NCBI GenBank assembly: GCA_030695905.1
Contig: JAUYOL010000001.1
Location: 66,023 to 130,022 of the forward strand
From: Candidatus Omnitrophota bacterium
Lineage (GTDB): Bacteria > Omnitrophota > Gorgyraeia > 2-01-FULL-45-10
Direction: 5' to 3'
DNA: 64,000 bases
This document shows positions 49,314-59,868 of the stretch, piece after piece (position 1 is the first letter of the stretch; the number at the start of each line of letters is the position of its first letter). The notes under the pieces were generated by a model. That model was not told the origin of the DNA. It searched no databases and saw nothing but the letters and a program-made list of their open reading frames with translations. A program made the translations under genes and the position numbers.

Positions 49314-51689
49314 ATGGAAGTCGAGAGAAGAGTAGAGAAGAGATGGATCAGCGAGAATATTCCTGCCGAATTAAAGGATCTGCCGATCTGGGTTGGTTTT
49401 AAGTTTATTCCGCAGGAAGGTCAAAAGCCCCGCAAAGAGCCGTTCAATGCCGCGACCGGCGGCAAAGCCTGTTCGAATAATCCAAAAACATGGCGGTCAT
49501 TTGATGAGGTTATCGGAAGGGCCGAATCAATGCATTTTAATGCCATTGGGATTGGGCTTTCTGAGCCGTACGTTGGCGTAGACCTCGACCATTCCGTTGT
49601 TGATGGAGATATCCAGCCATGGGCCCAAAAGATCATATCGATCATCGATAGTTATACCGAATTCTCTCCCAGCAAAACAGGTGTTCATATTCTTTGTAAA
49701 GGTACGCTTCAAAAGGGACGCAAATTCAGCGCACTTAATATCGAAATGTATCAGAAGACCCGGTTTTTTACGGTTACCGGAGACGTTGTGCCTGAATGCA
49801 GGTCAGAGATCATGGATCGAAGCGGGCAGATCACGAAATTATTCGAAGAGTGTGAGCAGAAGGACAATGAGAAGAGGCAATCAAAATCAATCCTCGACCG
49901 CATATTGAAAAGCCAAGACGCGGAGAAGTTTCAGAAGCTTTTCTCGGGCCAGTGGCAGGATTTATATCCTTCTCAGTCTGAGGCAGACCTTGCGTTGTGC
50001 AACAAGCTGGCCTTTTGGACCGGCAAGGATCCGGCGCTTATGGATTCGCTCTTCCGTAAATCCGGCCTTATGAGGCTCAAGTGGGATGAGAAGCATTTCG
50101 GTGACGGCAGGACATACGGCCAGTCGGTAATAGAGAAAGCGATTAGCGGTTGCCGAGATGTTTATAGCGGCTCTCAAGAGATAACCACAAAACATAAACT
50201 TACACAGGGCGAGATCATCACCCGTGATTGTGAAGAGAAGATTACGGATTTCTTCAGGGATCAGCATGGCAATACTTTCGTCGTGCTTCCGGTTGAGGGC
50301 CACCTTGAGGTATGCCCGACATCAAGCGGTCGCTTTAGGAATTGGAAAGCAACACGTTTTCGTGAGAGGTTCGGTGTCCCGCCAAAAAACGAAGCCATTA
50401 TTCAGGCGCGGATTCAAGTGGAGGCGCGCTGTGGGTGCGGCAAGCAGGTGGAATTATTTAATCGTATAGGCTGGCATGAAGGCAAAATCTATTATGACCT
50501 TACTACTCCTGATTATCGTGGTGTAGCTATTGATGAAAACGGCTGGAATGTCGTCTTCTTACCGCCAATATTCAGGCGTTACCAGCATCAAGCACAGCAG
50601 GTCATTCCGGTTAATGACGGAGATCCGAAAGAGATCTTACGCTTTTGTAATGTGGGTCCGGATGATCACTGCCTTTTTATGGTCGCGATCGCGTCTTTCT
50701 TCATTCCGAACATCCCACATGTGATCATAAGCCAGACCGGCGAGCAGGGTTCCGGCAAGTCCAACAATTCCCGCAAGATCAAGGGTTTGGGCGACCCATC
50801 ACGCGTTATGCTCATCTCGACTCCAAAGGACTTGGAGCAGGCGCAGATGACGGCCGAGAAGCACTGGATCAGCACTTTCGACAATATCTCCAAAATTCAT
50901 GAATGGTTTAGCGACTTCCTGTGTCGTGGCGTTACCGGCGAGGGCGACATGAAGCGCAGTCTTTATACCAATGACGATGAGTTTATCCGGTCATACCGCC
51001 GTTGTTTTGTCTTAAACGGCATCGGCGTTTCAATGTGGCGCGGGGATTTGCTCGACCGCGCGGTTATCTTCGATATACCGGTCCTAAAGGATGCCCGGCC
51101 GGAGCGAGTCATGGATGACGAATGGCAAAAAGCCTTGCCCGGGATCCTCGGAGGCTTCTTTACAGCTATTTCAAAGGCTATGAGAACAGTTTCGCAAGTT
51201 ACCGGCCATGAGAAGTTCCGCATGGCCGATTTTGCCCAGTGGGGCGGCGCTCTGGCTCAAGAGCTCGGCTATTCGAGAGACGAATTCTTTAAGAAATATC
51301 AGGAATCCGTCAAAGGTAAATGGCAGGACACAGCCGAGGACAGCGTCTTTGCCAAAAAGATAATGGATCTTATGGATAGGCGCAACGGCTATTGGGAGGG
51401 TTCAGCGGCAGAGCTTTTGCATGAGATAACGCCGGATAGCGGTGAAGAGAAGGGCATACCCAAAACAGCCAAGTGGCTTTCAACTGAGCTGGTGCGTATC
51501 GCTCCGGTCATGCGTAATGTTGGGGTTGATATTGTGAAGAATGAGAAGCGCGAGCCGGGCACCGGCAGGCGTATCTTTATACTTAAAAGAACAGGGCCAA
51601 AGAGCTGTGAGGATCGGTGTGAGCAGAGTGTGAGCAGCGGCTTGTTTTGTGAGGATCGCGTGGGGGTAGACAGTGATCGGCCGTTCTGA
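49314..51689 (+). CDS. prim-pol (bifunctional primase/polymerase)-type replication protein with P-loop NTPase domain
   Basis: N-terminal LPIWVGFK ... VDLDH ... SPSKTGVHIL prim-pol pattern. GEQGSGKS Walker A in the middle. Confidence 0.65.
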   Translation: MEVERRVEKRWISENIPAELKDLPIWVGFKFIPQEGQKPRKEPFNAATGGKACSNNPKTWRSFDEVIGRAESMHFNAIGIGLSEPYVGVDLDHSVVDGDIQPWAQKIISIIDSYTEFSPSKTGVHILCKGTLQKGRKFSALNIEMYQKTRFFTVTGDVVPECRSEIMDRSGQITKLFEECEQKDNEKRQSKSILDRILKSQDAEKFQKLFSGQWQDLYPSQSEADLALCNKLAFWTGKDPALMDSLFRKSGLMRLKWDEKHFGDGRTYGQSVIEKAISGCRDVYSGSQEITTKHKLTQGEIITRDCEEKITDFFRDQHGNTFVVLPVEGHLEVCPTSSGRFRNWKATRFRERFGVPPKNEAIIQARIQVEARCGCGKQVELFNRIGWHEGKIYYDLTTPDYRGVAIDENGWNVVFLPPIFRRYQHQAQQVIPVNDGDPKEILRFCNVGPDDHCLFMVAIASFFIPNIPHVIISQTGEQGSGKSNNSRKIKGLGDPSRVMLISTPKDLEQAQMTAEKHWISTFDNISKIHEWFSDFLCRGVTGEGDMKRSLYTNDDEFIRSYRRCFVLNGIGVSMWRGDLLDRAVIFDIPVLKDARPERVMDDEWQKALPGILGGFFTAISKAMRTVSQVTGHEKFRMADFAQWGGALAQELGYSRDEFFKKYQESVKGKWQDTAEDSVFAKKIMDLMDRRNGYWEGSAAELLHEITPDSGEEKGIPKTAKWLSTELVRIAPVMRNVGVDIVKNEKREPGTGRRIFILKRTGPKSCEDRCEQSVSSGLFCEDRVGVDSDRPF

Positions 51690-51905
51690 AAGCGTGAGCT
51701 TGCTCACGAACCTCACACTTGCTCACAGCCCTGCTCACAGGGAGAACCTACGGATTATCAATGGGTTAGGCGATTTTGTGAGGTTTGTGAGGCTATTTCT
51801 CTAAAGTGTATAAGATAAAAATATTTAATATAAATAGGTGTATTGCTCACACAAAGGACGCAGGTATAAGGAGAGGGATTTTTGCCTCACAATGCTCACA
51901 ACGAA
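51606..51905. repeat. array of >12 TGTGAG/CTCACA hexamer copies
   Basis: tgtgaggatcgg, tgtgagcag x2 ... ttgctcacga, ttgctcacag, ctgctcacag, tgtgaggtttgtgagg, ttgctcacac, gcctcacaatgctcacaa. Confidence 0.5.
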
Positions 51906-52213
51906 AGGAGAAGTGGTCATGGATAAGGCATGGAATAAGGCTTGTAAAAGGATGGCGGAGCAGGGTAACCGAGAGGTTAAGGCGCACGGCAGGCGATGGG
52001 ACAAGAAGCTTAAAAGGTTGGCAAGTAAGTGGAACGCATCGGCTTCGGGGTCCCTCCAGGGGGGTGTCGGCCGAGGGTCAGGCGAGGCGAAGTCTGTGAG
52101 TGATGTCAGTTTTTGAAAATGTCGTGTCGTGGTCGCATAGGCTGTTTTTGTGCTCAAGGCCACGACAAAACCGGACATTTGCGATGTCCGAATGTCCTAT
52201 TGCGTAATAAACT

Positions 52214-52402
52214 ATGACAAAATTATTTTCACCTCAAGAATTGTCCGAAGTTTTAAATATAAGCATCGAGACCGTCTATGCGTGGACGTCTCAGAAGAGG
52301 ATCCCGTATATCAAAATGGGCAGGCTTGTTCGGTTTAATATGGATGAGGTGAATAAGTGGCTTGAAAGGCAGAGGGTAATGCCATATGAGGGCGAGGGAT
52401 GA
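52214..52402 (+). CDS. xis: excisionase (AlpA/Xis HTH family)
   Basis: LSEVLNISIETVYAWTSQKRIPYIKMGRLVRF. Confidence 0.7.
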   Translation: MTKLFSPQELSEVLNISIETVYAWTSQKRIPYIKMGRLVRFNMDEVNKWLERQRVMPYEGEG

Positions 52403-52512
52403 GGGAAAAATGGGACAGTCCCAATCAACGCTTAATAGATGCTTTTGGGACAGTCCCTATTTTTCCTTAACTACTTGCCAACTCGCAGAAAATATGGCTA
52501 TATACACATACT

Positions 52513-53616
52513 ATGATATATAAACGAGGCAAAACATGGTACATAGGTTACTCCGCTAACGGGCGGTTGATGCGGGAAGCGGTTGGTGAGTCGCGGAAAT
52601 TCGCCGAGCTTGTTCTTGGCAAGAAACGGGCCGAGGTCAGAGAGGGCCGTTTCCTCGATGTCAAGAAACACGCGAAGATCAAGTTTGAGGATTTCGCTAA
52701 GACATTTGTGGAGCTCCATTCAAAGGTTAATAAAAGGCCCAGAGTCGCCAAGAGAGACGAACAACTCATAAAACGCCTGTCCGGGCATTTCGCGGGCAAG
52801 TATCTGTACGAGATAACATCCAAGCAGATAGAAGAATATAAAAAAGTCCGTAAAGAGACTAAGCTCAAGGATAAGTTTATTGCCGCGGCGACCGTAAACA
52901 GAGAATTGGCATGTCTCAAGTGCATGTTTAATAAAGCGATCGAATGGGGCAAGGCAGATGAGAACCCTGTCCGTAAGGTGAAGTTATTTAAAGAGAATAA
53001 TAAACGCTTGAGGTTTCTTGAAAGAGAAGAGATACCAAAGTTCTTGGATAGCGCGGCCCCGCATCTAAAGCCGATCCTGATAGTCGCATTATTTACCGGT
53101 ATGCGTAAGTCGGAGATCCTGACTCTCCAATGGAAGAATATCAACTTTGGGCAGGGCATAATATATTTGCTCCACACTAAGAATGGCGAGCGCAGAGAAG
53201 TGCTGATGAACGATATCGTCAAAAAGACACTTATTGCCGTTCCTAAAAATCCCAGCAGCCCATATATATTCTGTCACGAGGACGGTAAGCCCTACCTGAA
53301 TGTCCGAAAATCTTTTGACGCAGTTTTGAAAAAATGTGATATAATTGACTTCAAATTCCACGATCTGAGGCACACATTCGCCTCGCACCTAGTTATGTTC
53401 GGTATAGACATAAAGACAGTGCAGGAGCTGATGGGCCATAAGTCCATTGAGATGACGCTCCGCTATTCGCATCTATCGCCGGATCACAAAAAGAGGGCCG
53501 TGGAGATCTTAGGAAATAGAATTAGCACAAATATAGCACAAACGCCTAAAACGGCAAATACAAGCGAGATAGGCGAATCGCCTAACTCGTTGAAAGAATT
53601 AGAGTTAGTGCATTAA
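52513..53616 (+). CDS. int: tyrosine-type site-specific integrase
   Basis: C-terminal catalytic motifs HDLRHTFAS and LMGHKSIEMTLRYSHL. Ends 2 nt before tRNA-Thr. Confidence 0.9.
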   Translation: MIYKRGKTWYIGYSANGRLMREAVGESRKFAELVLGKKRAEVREGRFLDVKKHAKIKFEDFAKTFVELHSKVNKRPRVAKRDEQLIKRLSGHFAGKYLYEITSKQIEEYKKVRKETKLKDKFIAAATVNRELACLKCMFNKAIEWGKADENPVRKVKLFKENNKRLRFLEREEIPKFLDSAAPHLKPILIVALFTGMRKSEILTLQWKNINFGQGIIYLLHTKNGERREVLMNDIVKKTLIAVPKNPSSPYIFCHEDGKPYLNVRKSFDAVLKKCDIIDFKFHDLRHTFASHLVMFGIDIKTVQELMGHKSIEMTLRYSHLSPDHKKRAVEILGNRISTNIAQTPKTANTSEIGESPNSLKELELVH

Positions 53617-53617
53617 T

Positions 53618-53693
53618 GCTGGCGTAGCTCAGTTGGTAGAGCAGCGGTTTCGTAAACCGCAGGTCGATGGTTCAACTCCATTCGCCAGCTCCA
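53618..53693 (+). tRNA. tRNA-Thr (anticodon CGT); attR within 5' half
   Basis: Cloverleaf with loop ttCGTaa, T-loop TTCAACT and CCA. Confidence 0.85.
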
Positions 53694-53706
53694 TATATCG
53701 TTTCTT

Positions 53707-54447
53707 ATGAAGATAATATTTCTTGGCACAAACGGATGGTATGATACCGAAACAGGAAGCACGCCCTGTATTCTTATCGAAACGGTAGATCGGTTTATCG
53801 TTCTCGATGCGGGGTTTGGTTTTTATAAAGTGAAAAAATATGTAACTTCCAAAAAACCGGTTAGTCTTTTTATCAGCCATCTTCATTATGACCACCTGAT
53901 AGGACTACATACGCTGCCCATCTTTAAACTGGACCAGGGAATAGATATTTACGCGAACAAAATTATAATGAAAGGGCTGAAATCTTTTCTCAAGAGGCCG
54001 TATACCTCGCCGGTCCTTCTGCTTCCGACAAAAGTGCGGTTTCATACGATCACAGGAGATGCCGATTCTCCCGTAAAATTTGAAACGGCAAGAATGCGCC
54101 ATTCGGTTCCCTGCCATGGGTATAAATTTTATATAGAAGGCAAGACGGTTACTTATTGCACCGACACAGGATTATGTAATGGCCTGGAGAAGCTTGCCGG
54201 AGGCGCGGACTTGCTGATCACCGAATGCGCGATGGCGCCCGGAGATAAATCACCCAACATCTTCCATATAACCCCGGAGACCGCGGCGGAAGTTGCCGCG
54301 CGGGCCGGGGCAAAAAAATTGGCTCTGTGCCATTTCGATCCCGCAAAATATCCTACGATAGATAGCCGTAAGTGCGCACAGGACGTGGCCAAGGCTATTT
54401 TTAAAGAGACGGTTGCGACAAGCGATGGCATGGTTGTAGAAGTTTAA
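53707..54447 (+). CDS. MBL-fold metallo-hydrolase
   Basis: HLHYDH motif. Confidence 0.75.
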   Translation: MKIIFLGTNGWYDTETGSTPCILIETVDRFIVLDAGFGFYKVKKYVTSKKPVSLFISHLHYDHLIGLHTLPIFKLDQGIDIYANKIIMKGLKSFLKRPYTSPVLLLPTKVRFHTITGDADSPVKFETARMRHSVPCHGYKFYIEGKTVTYCTDTGLCNGLEKLAGGADLLITECAMAPGDKSPNIFHITPETAAEVAARAGAKKLALCHFDPAKYPTIDSRKCAQDVAKAIFKETVATSDGMVVEV

Positions 54448-54479
54448 GCTAATAACACCGCGTCGGTGCACAATAAAAT

Positions 54480-55733
54480 ATGACTAAATTCAGAGATGTT
54501 CTCAAGGACCGCAACTTTTTCTGCCTTTGGCTCGCGCAGATAATATCAAACTTCGGCGACAGGCTGACACAGATGGCGCTGGTCGCGCTCATTTATCAGC
54601 GCACACCGGGAAACACGGTGGCGCTGGCCAAGCTAATATCCTTTACCGTTATACCGGTATTTTTGATCGGGCCCATCGCGGGAGCGTGGGTCGACAGGCT
54701 CAACAAGAGAAACGTGATGATAATTTCCGATCTGTTGAGAGGGATACTGATACTGACCATACCGTTCTTCATACTATCTAAACAGATAATTCCTATATAT
54801 CTCGCGATATTCCTGGCGTTTTCCATCTCCAGATTCTTTATTCCGTCAAAGATGGCGATAATACCGGAACTCGTATCGAAAGACAAGCTTCTTGTGGCGA
54901 ATACTCTTGCCGACACGACTCATATGGTCGGTAATGTGCTTGGGCTGGTGGTGGCCGGTATACTCGTGAATATAAGGTTTATCGGCGCGATAGGCGGGTT
55001 CTACATAGACGCGGCCACTTTTTTTGTTTCGGCGGCATTTATAACTATGATAGCGCAGAAAGAATTTGTTACGCATGTGGCCGAGGATATCAAAGTAACA
55101 CGGAAAGCACTTGAAAACTCTATCCGCAAGTCAATATTCGAGGAGATAAAGGACGGAATAAGATATTTAATGCAATACAACGAAATGCATTTTATAGTCT
55201 ACGTATTTTTTCTTCTTATGGCGGGCCTCGGGGCCATATCGTGCGTCGTAATAGTATTTATTCAGGAGTCTTTTGGTACGGCTACACTCGATCTGGGCTT
55301 AATAGGGCTTTTCCTGGTAGGCGGATTGTTGTTGGGCGCGCTCATCTACGGTAAGCTTGGCCAAAAACTGGAAAAGAAAAAGGCCATATTGATAAGTTTT
55401 ATTACTACGGGTATAGCGTTGATGCTGTTTACTTTTTTTGTGAGGAAATGTCCCAACGTTCTTGTAAGCGGCATCCTATCAGGCCTTATAGGGATGGCCG
55501 CAAGCCCGATAATGACTTCTGTAAATACTCTTACACATGAGACTATGCCCGAAGAAGCTCGCGGCAGGACTTTCAGCTCGCTGGAAGCGGTAATACATCT
55601 GGCATTTTTAGTATTTATGTTTATGGCGGCTTATGCGGCAAAATACGTGGATAGGTTCTGGATATTGATAGCAGTAGGCGCTATATTCGCAATATGCGGT
55701 TTATTGGGCACGGTATTGAAGTCGAAAGATTAA
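54480..55733 (+). CDS. MFS transporter
   Basis: 12-TM pattern. GDRLNKR-like motif between TM2 and TM3. Confidence 0.75.
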   Translation: MTKFRDVLKDRNFFCLWLAQIISNFGDRLTQMALVALIYQRTPGNTVALAKLISFTVIPVFLIGPIAGAWVDRLNKRNVMIISDLLRGILILTIPFFILSKQIIPIYLAIFLAFSISRFFIPSKMAIIPELVSKDKLLVANTLADTTHMVGNVLGLVVAGILVNIRFIGAIGGFYIDAATFFVSAAFITMIAQKEFVTHVAEDIKVTRKALENSIRKSIFEEIKDGIRYLMQYNEMHFIVYVFFLLMAGLGAISCVVIVFIQESFGTATLDLGLIGLFLVGGLLLGALIYGKLGQKLEKKKAILISFITTGIALMLFTFFVRKCPNVLVSGILSGLIGMAASPIMTSVNTLTHETMPEEARGRTFSSLEAVIHLAFLVFMFMAAYAAKYVDRFWILIAVGAIFAICGLLGTVLKSKD

Positions 55734-55746
55734 CGCTTTTGAAGGG

Positions 55747-55920
55747 TTATTTTGACTTGAAATCCCTGTCGTGCTTGCCTTTTTCAGCGGAGCAGACCCT
55801 GAAGTAGTTGCATACCGGGCAGCAGATATTCTCTTCTCCCTTTTCCCCGCGATACCATTTGGTTTCACAGGTCCAGTAGACCTGGCATGTTTCGCAGCAG
55901 CTCATCTTGGGATTGGGCAT
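55747..55920 (-). CDS. small Cys-rich protein (57 aa)
   Basis: AAGGAG ribosome-binding site 7 nt upstream. 11 Cys (CC..C..C ... CC..C). Under the 60-aa cut-off of the track. Confidence 0.35.
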   Translation of the reverse strand: MPNPKMSCCETCQVYWTCETKWYRGEKGEENICCPVCNYFRVCSAEKGKHDRDFKSK

Positions 55921-56041
55921 AGCTTTGAATCTCCTTCAGAACCTAAAATACATTATATGTATATAATTGTCAATAAAATTCGAAAGTGCAATAAGAATTC
56001 GCTTGGATTTTTTCTACCGATGATATATAATCTGCTTCATA

Positions 56042-56290
56042 ATGGACCAGGCCGATAAACGTAAATCCGATCTTTATAAGTGGATCAAGATAGGCGGGCT
56101 TCTATCGTTTCTGCCGTTTGTGCTCGTTTCAGGGCCCATGGCGGGTTATTTTTTAGGAAACTATCTGGAAAAAAAATTCAACCTGCCTTTTTATGTATCG
56201 ATCGCTCTTATAACGATAGGTTTCGCCGCAAGTATAAAAGAGACGATAAAAATAGTCAAAATGGCTTTGCGGACGCAGGAGAAGGCTTAA
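56042..56290 (+). CDS. AtpZ/AtpI-family small membrane protein
   Basis: Two TM helices. Lies immediately upstream of atpB. Confidence 0.5.
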   Translation: MDQADKRKSDLYKWIKIGGLLSFLPFVLVSGPMAGYFLGNYLEKKFNLPFYVSIALITIGFAASIKETIKIVKMALRTQEKA

Positions 56291-56291
56291 A

Positions 56292-57047
56292 ATGCATCAC
56301 GGTGAGATACCAAACCTTGTAACTATTTTAGCGGGACACCTTAAATCGGGCAATATAGCCCAGTATCTTTATCGGTGGGAAAATATAATATTTTCCGTAA
56401 TAGCGCTTTCTATAATATCCATCGTAGCTTATTTGGCTTACAGAAAAATCAATTTAATGCCATCCAGGCTTCAGGGGGCTTTTGAACTTTTTGTGGCAGG
56501 CGTAGATGATTTTGTGTGCGGCATAATAGGCCATAAGGGCAGGCAGTACACGCCATTTATCGGGACGCTCTTTATATACATACTTTTTATGAACCTTCTT
56601 AGCTTAGTTCCTTTCATGAAATCTCCCACTACCAGTTGGTCCATAACGCTGGCGCTTGCCGTGGTAGTTTTTTTCTATGTTCAATATGCCGGAATAAAAG
56701 AACTGGGATTTTTAGGATATATAGACCATATGTTAGGCAAGCCCAGAGGCATAATGGCGATATCTGTTGTAATGCCGCTTATGATGCTGTTTCTCCATGT
56801 GGTATCGGAATTGGTGCGTCCGATAAGCTTATCGCTTCGTCTGCGCAGCAATATATGGGGAGACGACATGCTGCTTTCATTGATGGCGGGTTTCGGGATC
56901 AAAGGCATACCGCTGCTTTTATTTAACAGTGTGCTGGCGCTCCTTGCGTCAGTGGTGCAGGCTACAGTTTTTTGCCTTTTGACCACAATATACTTCGCGC
57001 TCGTTTTGTCGCACGAAGAAGAAGAGAAAATAGGGCCCCTAACATAG
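56292..57047 (+). CDS. atpB: F0F1 ATP synthase subunit a
   Basis: LSLRLRSNI conserved Arg motif. Confidence 0.85.
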   Translation: MHHGEIPNLVTILAGHLKSGNIAQYLYRWENIIFSVIALSIISIVAYLAYRKINLMPSRLQGAFELFVAGVDDFVCGIIGHKGRQYTPFIGTLFIYILFMNLLSLVPFMKSPTTSWSITLALAVVVFFYVQYAGIKELGFLGYIDHMLGKPRGIMAISVVMPLMMLFLHVVSELVRPISLSLRLRSNIWGDDMLLSLMAGFGIKGIPLLLFNSVLALLASVVQATVFCLLTTIYFALVLSHEEEEKIGPLT

Positions 57048-57068
57048 TAATAACAAAGGAGGTGACAC

Positions 57069-57299
57069 ATGGATTACAAAGCAGTTCTCGCGATAGGATT
57101 ACCTATCGGATTGGGTATAGTAGGTTTCGGCTCCGCGATAGCGCTGGGCAAAGCCGTTGCGTCCGCGATGGAAGCTACCGGCAGGCAGCCAGAGGCATCA
57201 ACGAAGATTTTGATAAACATGGCTACAGGCTGCGCATTTATCGAAGCGCTTACAATTTACGCGCTTGTATTTGTGTTTGGTCTTGCCGGGAAGATTTAA
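57069..57299 (+). CDS. atpE: F0F1 ATP synthase subunit c
   Basis: Hairpin with the GRQPE loop and a conserved carboxylate helix. Confidence 0.9.
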   Translation: MDYKAVLAIGLPIGLGIVGFGSAIALGKAVASAMEATGRQPEASTKILINMATGCAFIEALTIYALVFVFGLAGKI

Positions 57300-57315
57300 T
57301 TAAGGGATTCGCTTA

Positions 57316-57813
57316 ATGGAGCTATTAAAACTTTTAGACACCAGCCAAATAATCGCGCAGGCTATCAGTTTTCTCATACTGTTTTTTATATTGCGCGTTA
57401 TCGTATGGAAACGCTTCCTTAAAGTTCTTGACGACAGGAAGGAAAAAATATCTTCCGAATTCAAGAGCATAGAGGACTCCAAAGATGAGGTTGAGCAGCT
57501 TAAATCGGATTACAAGGCTCGAATAGACAATATAGACGAGATAGCGAAGGTCAGGCTCGAGGAGGCGGTGTCGGAAGGTAGGCGCATAGCGGAGGAAATA
57601 AGAGAGAACGCCAATGCGGAGGCTCTGCAGATTATCGAAAAGACCGACGAGGCCATAAAGTCGGAGCTTTCCAGGGCCAGAGAAGAGTTTAGGGATGATA
57701 TAGTGGATATAGCTATAACCGCTGCCGGAAAAGTTATAGAAGAAAAATTGACTGAAAGCGAAGACAAGAAGATAGTCGAAGATTTTTTAAAGAGGCTTGA
57801 TAGGGCGACATGA
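57316..57813 (+). CDS. atpF: F0F1 ATP synthase subunit b
   Basis: N-terminal TM helix followed by a long charged coiled coil. Confidence 0.8.
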   Translation: MELLKLLDTSQIIAQAISFLILFFILRVIVWKRFLKVLDDRKEKISSEFKSIEDSKDEVEQLKSDYKARIDNIDEIAKVRLEEAVSEGRRIAEEIRENANAEALQIIEKTDEAIKSELSRAREEFRDDIVDIAITAAGKVIEEKLTESEDKKIVEDFLKRLDRAT

Positions 57814-58346
57814 CCTTAATAAAAAGATATGCCGAAGGCTTTTTGGAATACGCTAAGGAGACTATAGGTTCCCAGAGGGCCATGGAAGAGATGAAAGCAG
57901 CGAAAGATGTTTTTCGCGACAATCCGGAGTTTAAAGAATTTCTGGAGAATCCGGCGATAAATTATATCGAGAAGTGCGGTGTTATAGACAGGACTCTTGC
58001 AACGAGTTTTTCGCAGGAGATGCGGAATTTCTTAAAGCTTCTTTTAAAAAAATCCCGGATAGATAAATTTTCTGAAATTGCTGAGTATGTCAGGATAAAA
58101 TATGCGCATGGGGAAAAATCCAGTGCCTTGCTGTATACCAGTTATCTTATGGGCACCGAATTTTTGGAAAAGTTTAAAAATGCGCTCGAGAATAAATTGC
58201 GCGTGAAACTGCAGCTTTATGTAAATCTGGCTCCTGATATGCTTGGGGGCGTGCGTGTGATTTTCGGCAACAAGATATTGGATGGTTCCGTGAGGAAACG
58301 CCTTGAAGACGTAAAACGAAAACTATTAGCCGCAAAGGTGGCATAA
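57810..58346 (+). CDS. atpH: F0F1 ATP synthase subunit delta
   Basis: OSCP-like. Operon position. Confidence 0.8.
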   Translation: MTLIKRYAEGFLEYAKETIGSQRAMEEMKAAKDVFRDNPEFKEFLENPAINYIEKCGVIDRTLATSFSQEMRNFLKLLLKKSRIDKFSEIAEYVRIKYAHGEKSSALLYTSYLMGTEFLEKFKNALENKLRVKLQLYVNLAPDMLGGVRVIFGNKILDGSVRKRLEDVKRKLLAAKVA

Positions 58347-58347
58347 A

Positions 58348-59868
58348 ATGGAATTTAGACCGGAAGAAGTAACAGCGATAATAAAACTGGAACTCGAAAA
58401 ATATAAGACCAGGCTCAGGATGGAGTCCATAGGCACCGTACTGCAGGTAGGAGACGGTATAGCGCTTGCCTACGGCCTAGATGATGTTATGGCCGGTGAG
58501 CTTGTTCAATTCTCAAGTAATGTCACGGGCATGGTATTTAACCTGGAAGAAGAGAATGTCGGTATTATTATATTCGGCGACGAAAAAACTATAAAAGAAG
58601 GCGATACGGTAAAGAGGACTTATAAAGTGGCCCAGATGCCGGTAGGCGAAGCGCTTTTAGGCAGGGTTGTCAACGCGCTTGGAGTGCCCATAGACGGCTT
58701 GGGCGAGATAAATACGCATAGATACCGGCCTATAGAGACCAGGTCGCCCACTGTTGTGCAGCGGCAGCCCGTCAAAGAACCTCTGCAGACGGGGATAAAG
58801 GCGATAGATTCTATGATACCGATAGGCCGCGGCCAGCGCGAGCTTGTAATCGCTGACAGGCAGACAGGTAAAACCTCTATAGTAATAGACACTATTATAA
58901 ATCAGAAGAACAAGGGAGTGTATTGCATATACGTCGCGATAGGCCAGAAGATGTCAAATATAGTGGCCGTTACCGAGACGCTGAAAAAATATGGCGCGTT
59001 GGAATATACCGTTATAGTTAATGCCTCTTCGCGTTCGGCCGCGTCTTCACAATATCTGGCTCCATTTGCCGGATGCGCTATAGGAGAAGAATTTCTGCAT
59101 ACAGGAAGGCATGCCCTGGTCATATATGATGATCTATCCAAACATGCGCAGGCATACCGGCAACTATCGCTTCTTCTTCGTCGTCCACCCGGCAGAGAAG
59201 CATATCCAGGAGATATATTTTATCTTCACGCAAGGCTCCTGGAGCGCGCGGCTAAACTTACAGATGAATTAGGAGGCGGCTCACTTACGGCTATCCCCAT
59301 AATCGAAACCCAGGCCGGAGATATAACCAGCTACATACCCACAAACGTTATATCAATTACCGATGGACAGATATATCTTGAAAGTGACCTTTTTTACGCC
59401 GGCGTCCGGCCTGCGATAAATGTGGGCCTTTCTGTTTCGCGTGTAGGCGGTAACGCGCAGACCAAGGCGATGAAACAGGTTGCCGGCAGGCTAAGGCTTG
59501 ACCTTGCCCAATATAGGGAGTTATTGGCCTTTACGCAATTCGGCGCGGAGCTCGACAAAACTACACAGGCGCAGCTGATACGCGGCGAGCGCATGGTCGA
59601 AATACTAAAACAAGGGCAGTATGATACGCTGCCTATTTCAAAACAGATACTGATAATATACGCGGGGACCAACGGTTATCTTGATGACCTGCCCGTGGCG
59701 TCTATAAAGAAATTCGAAAGCGAATTCTACAAATATGTCGATAACCAGCATACCGACATCGCGATTGAGATCGAAACCAAGCACCACTTAAGTGAAGAGC
59801 TGATGTTGAGGCTTAATAGTATGATTGTTCTGTTTAAAGAAGAGTTTAAAAAGCAAAATAAATTATGA
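58348..59868 (+). CDS. atpA: F0F1 ATP synthase subunit alpha
   Basis: P-loop GDRQTGKT. Confidence 0.95.
   Translation: MEFRPEEVTAIIKLELEKYKTRLRMESIGTVLQVGDGIALAYGLDDVMAGELVQFSSNVTGMVFNLEEENVGIIIFGDEKTIKEGDTVKRTYKVAQMPVGEALLGRVVNALGVPIDGLGEINTHRYRPIETRSPTVVQRQPVKEPLQTGIKAIDSMIPIGRGQRELVIADRQTGKTSIVIDTIINQKNKGVYCIYVAIGQKMSNIVAVTETLKKYGALEYTVIVNASSRSAASSQYLAPFAGCAIGEEFLHTGRHALVIYDDLSKHAQAYRQLSLLLRRPPGREAYPGDIFYLHARLLERAAKLTDELGGGSLTAIPIIETQAGDITSYIPTNVISITDGQIYLESDLFYAGVRPAINVGLSVSRVGGNAQTKAMKQVAGRLRLDLAQYRELLAFTQFGAELDKTTQAQLIRGERMVEILKQGQYDTLPISKQILIIYAGTNGYLDDLPVASIKKFESEFYKYVDNQHTDIAIEIETKHHLSEELMLRLNSMIVLFKEEFKKQNKL

Larger units (their letters stand above)
30551..53655. mobile_element. 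~23.1 kb integrative genomic island in tRNA-Thr(CGT) (anticodon-loop crossover), carrying int/xis, primase, type I RM and candidate defence genes
   Basis: A 38-nt direct repeat (tRNA fragment versus intact tRNA) bounds the region. A tyrosine integrase ends 2 nt before the intact tRNA. Confidence 0.65.
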
